Below are positions 61,719 to 64,000 of a stretch of 64,000 nt of DNA, piece by piece. The translations under genes were made by a program, and so were the position numbers. Position 1 is the first letter of the stretch. Each line of letters starts with the position of its first letter. Origin of the DNA: Lingula anatina (taxonomy: Eukaryota > Animalia > Brachiopoda); NCBI GenBank assembly GCA_051362555.1, contig CM120640.1, positions 9,424,001-9,488,000 of the forward strand, in the 5' to 3' direction. The notes under the pieces are model-generated. The model saw nothing but the letters and a program-made list of their open reading frames with translations. It had not been told where the DNA came from and searched no databases.

Positions 61719-63026
61719 CTAGCGAAACCCTATGGCCACGCCCGTTGCACGCGCCCACTTATCACTACTGGTATAGGCACCACATCCTCCAAAGTGGAGT
61801 TCGGTGAAGAAGAAAAACTCGTTAGGCATCGTGCGTCCAGATGGCACTGGCTTGGCGGAGTTGAGCCATGCGCCATAGAAATTGGCTCCAATGCCAGAGC
61901 CTCCATAGGAACTTGGTGGCACTTCACGATGATTTGGAAAGAGAGCGAAGTAACTGGCCGGGTTACTGCCGCAATGGTTGAACGTGATTGCTCTACCGTT
62001 GCTTCTTATACCTTGAAATTTGAAACTCGGGTTGTTAGCTATATTTGCTGGCAGGAATCCCAGAAATAATTTCGGCCCCATTGCCCTATTAACAGGGTTC
62101 GTGTATCCCAAATGTGAGTTGATCTGAACTGAAAGGGGGGTGGAGGCATATCGCTGTAACTGTCGCAGGACGGTGAACGGCTGCCTACCATTGTCGTACG
62201 AAATACGAAGCAACACGTGGGATTTATCAGTGAAAATGCTGGCCAGGTTAAGATTAGTACCCGTCACGATCGCCTGTCGTGAAAGAAAAGTATACCCTCC
62301 CCCGTTGATTCCCATCTCACAGTAAACACGTTGGTAGCCTGTGTTGGTGAGGATAGCGTATTCCCCGCCTGCAGCGTTTGGGTTCGCGTTAAGGATAGCC
62401 TTGCATGAAGTATATGCCTCTACGGAACGAAAAAAAGTTATTTTAAGTTTAATATAAGTCAAGTTCTCACTCTTTTTAAACTGGAACATTTACAGTTTTT
62501 ATACCAAAATCGAGCCGTAACACACGTCAACACACAACCTGTACTTATCAATAATTCAAAGTCTGGGGCATATTGGTGGTGGGGGAGTTTTGAGGGGCTG
62601 TGAGGGAGGGAAGGGGGGTGAATTGAATAAGTGCAGTAGACAAGAGAAAAGAAATATCCTGATATACCTATAAATGTGTACCTGCTCAAATTAAGTCTAT
62701 GATTATTTTAATATTTGATTTTGAATGACCATTAAACTGGACGCAATTAAGTTGTTAATCTGATAGTTTGAAGTTTGGGAGTTTGAAAATCAACAAGATG
62801 GGATGCCCTAGCTCAAATGTAGTTAGTAAGAAATGTATTCAGGACCCTCGAAAAAAATGACTTTTGCACCAAAATTCCGTACACCAGTAAAAAATAAGAT
62901 TGGTACTGGTAGTGACGCCAAGGTTGAGAGAGAGAGAGAGAGGGACTTACCCTGCTTATCCGTTCCATAACTTCCCTCAGAGAAATGAGTCAAGAGCGAG
63001 GCTACAATTAAACCCGAAAATAACAT
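61719..63026 (-). CDS. Secreted 258-aa protein with fibrinogen/intelectin-like N-terminal motif; exons 63026-62951 and 62419-61719
   Basis: Signal peptide MLFSGLIVASLLTHFSEG; phase-1 GT-AG intron; SCKAIL...GEYAI...VYCEMGINGGGYT matches the FReD-type SC...G.Y.I...VYCDM...GGGWT signature. Confidence 0.85.
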
Positions 63027-63077
63027 TCTCGTCTGCTGTCAGGAGAACTGACATGGTAACGTTGCATAATTAATTCC

Positions 63078-63084
63078 TTTTATA
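63078..63084 (-). promoter_or_regulatory. TATA box of the secreted-protein gene
   Basis: CTATAAAAGG on the minus strand ~52 nt upstream of ATG 63026. Confidence 0.65.
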
Positions 63085-63114
63085 GAGCAGTCCCCTACTT
63101 GATTGCTTTTTCAG

Positions 63115-64000
63115 AATTCACGTTTCCCGTCAATTTTCATAAAGGAAATTAATTCATTTACCACGGAAATGAGTGTTCTTGTCCGACCGTGGAAAGTGGG
63201 TGGGTGTAGCATAGGGTAACAAAACTAACATTTATACCCAGTGCAGTGTGGATGTATGATCAACCGGTTATATGTATATGTCGCTTGGCTTCGGCCGAAG
63301 AGATGACCAATTTAACGTACGACCTAGAAATGTCGATCACTCACCTGTTAAGAGCACAGAACGCCTGACCTTGATATCTCAGAACACGGAGAAAACGACA
63401 TTGTACGTCAAATTATGAAATCAATTAACAAAATTGCAAACTTAAATCACGTTTCCGGTTACTGTCTTATAATGGAAGTTAAGTATTTTACAAGGGAAAA
63501 TGAGTATTTTTAGATTCTGGTTCGACGGTTGGGTTGGGGGGGGGGGGGAGTGGACATAGGTTAATATTTATATACCAATTGTAAAATTACTGTTGTATCA
63601 TCCAGTTACATGCACATGTCACTTGACCTCGCCTTAAGAAATGATCAGTTTATTGTCAGATTAAAAATGTGAATCACTCGCCTGTATTGAAGAGCGAAAT
63701 CCGCCCGACCTCGAAATCCCATATATCCGGGTTACAGAGAAAACACCATACCGCGTTAATTATAAAATCAATTTACAAACTGCAAACTTAAATCACGTTT
63801 CTGTTTCTGTTTTATAATGGAAATTAAGTCATTTACAATGGAAATTAGTGTATTTTTGGTGTTGGTTCGACCGTTGGGGGGGGGGGGGGGGGGAGGGGGA
63901 GCATGTAGAGGGTCTATACGGTATAGATACCCACTGTACAATGAGTGTATGATCAGCTTGCTGCATGTGCACATGTCACTTCGACCGAAGAAATGATCAT
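63115..64000. repeat. Diverged ~330-350-bp tandem repeat, about 3 copies (last one runs off the window)
   Basis: TCACGTTTC..., GGAA(A/G)TTAA, CGAC(C/G)GT+G-run, ATGTC(A/G)CTT and AAGA(A/G)ATGA recur in the same order from ~63115, ~63445 and ~63791. Confidence 0.8.

Overview
AT-rich, intron-rich genomic DNA from an invertebrate animal (gene and repeat content suggests a marine lophotrochozoan; the species cannot be determined from this window). Eight protein-coding genes can be reconstructed: an isochorismatase-domain protein (ISOC2-like, -), an aldehyde oxidase/xanthine dehydrogenase-family molybdo-flavoenzyme (~35 exons, +), intronless TSSC4 (-), ACTL6A/BAF53 (+, with a U12-type intron and a GC-AG intron), a ZIP8/ZIP14-type SLC39A metal transporter (-), FBXL18 (+), a channel-less nicotinic-receptor ligand-binding-domain (AChBP-like) protein ending in an apparent GPI-anchor signal (+), and a secreted protein with a fibrinogen/intelectin-like N-terminus (-). 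The first six form three consecutive head-to-head pairs. Two copies of a non-autonomous Helentron/HINE-like element each carry ~13 units of a 146-bp satellite rich in nuclear-receptor AGGTCA sites. One copy has internal block duplications and a nested MITE with an 8-bp target duplication. Several other MITEs, foldback hairpins, a LINE remnant and a triplicated promoter module are also visible. The most novel-looking item is the putative membrane-tethered AChBP-like 'decoy receptor' at 58.8-61.2 kb. All gene models were spliced by eye and have no transcript support.
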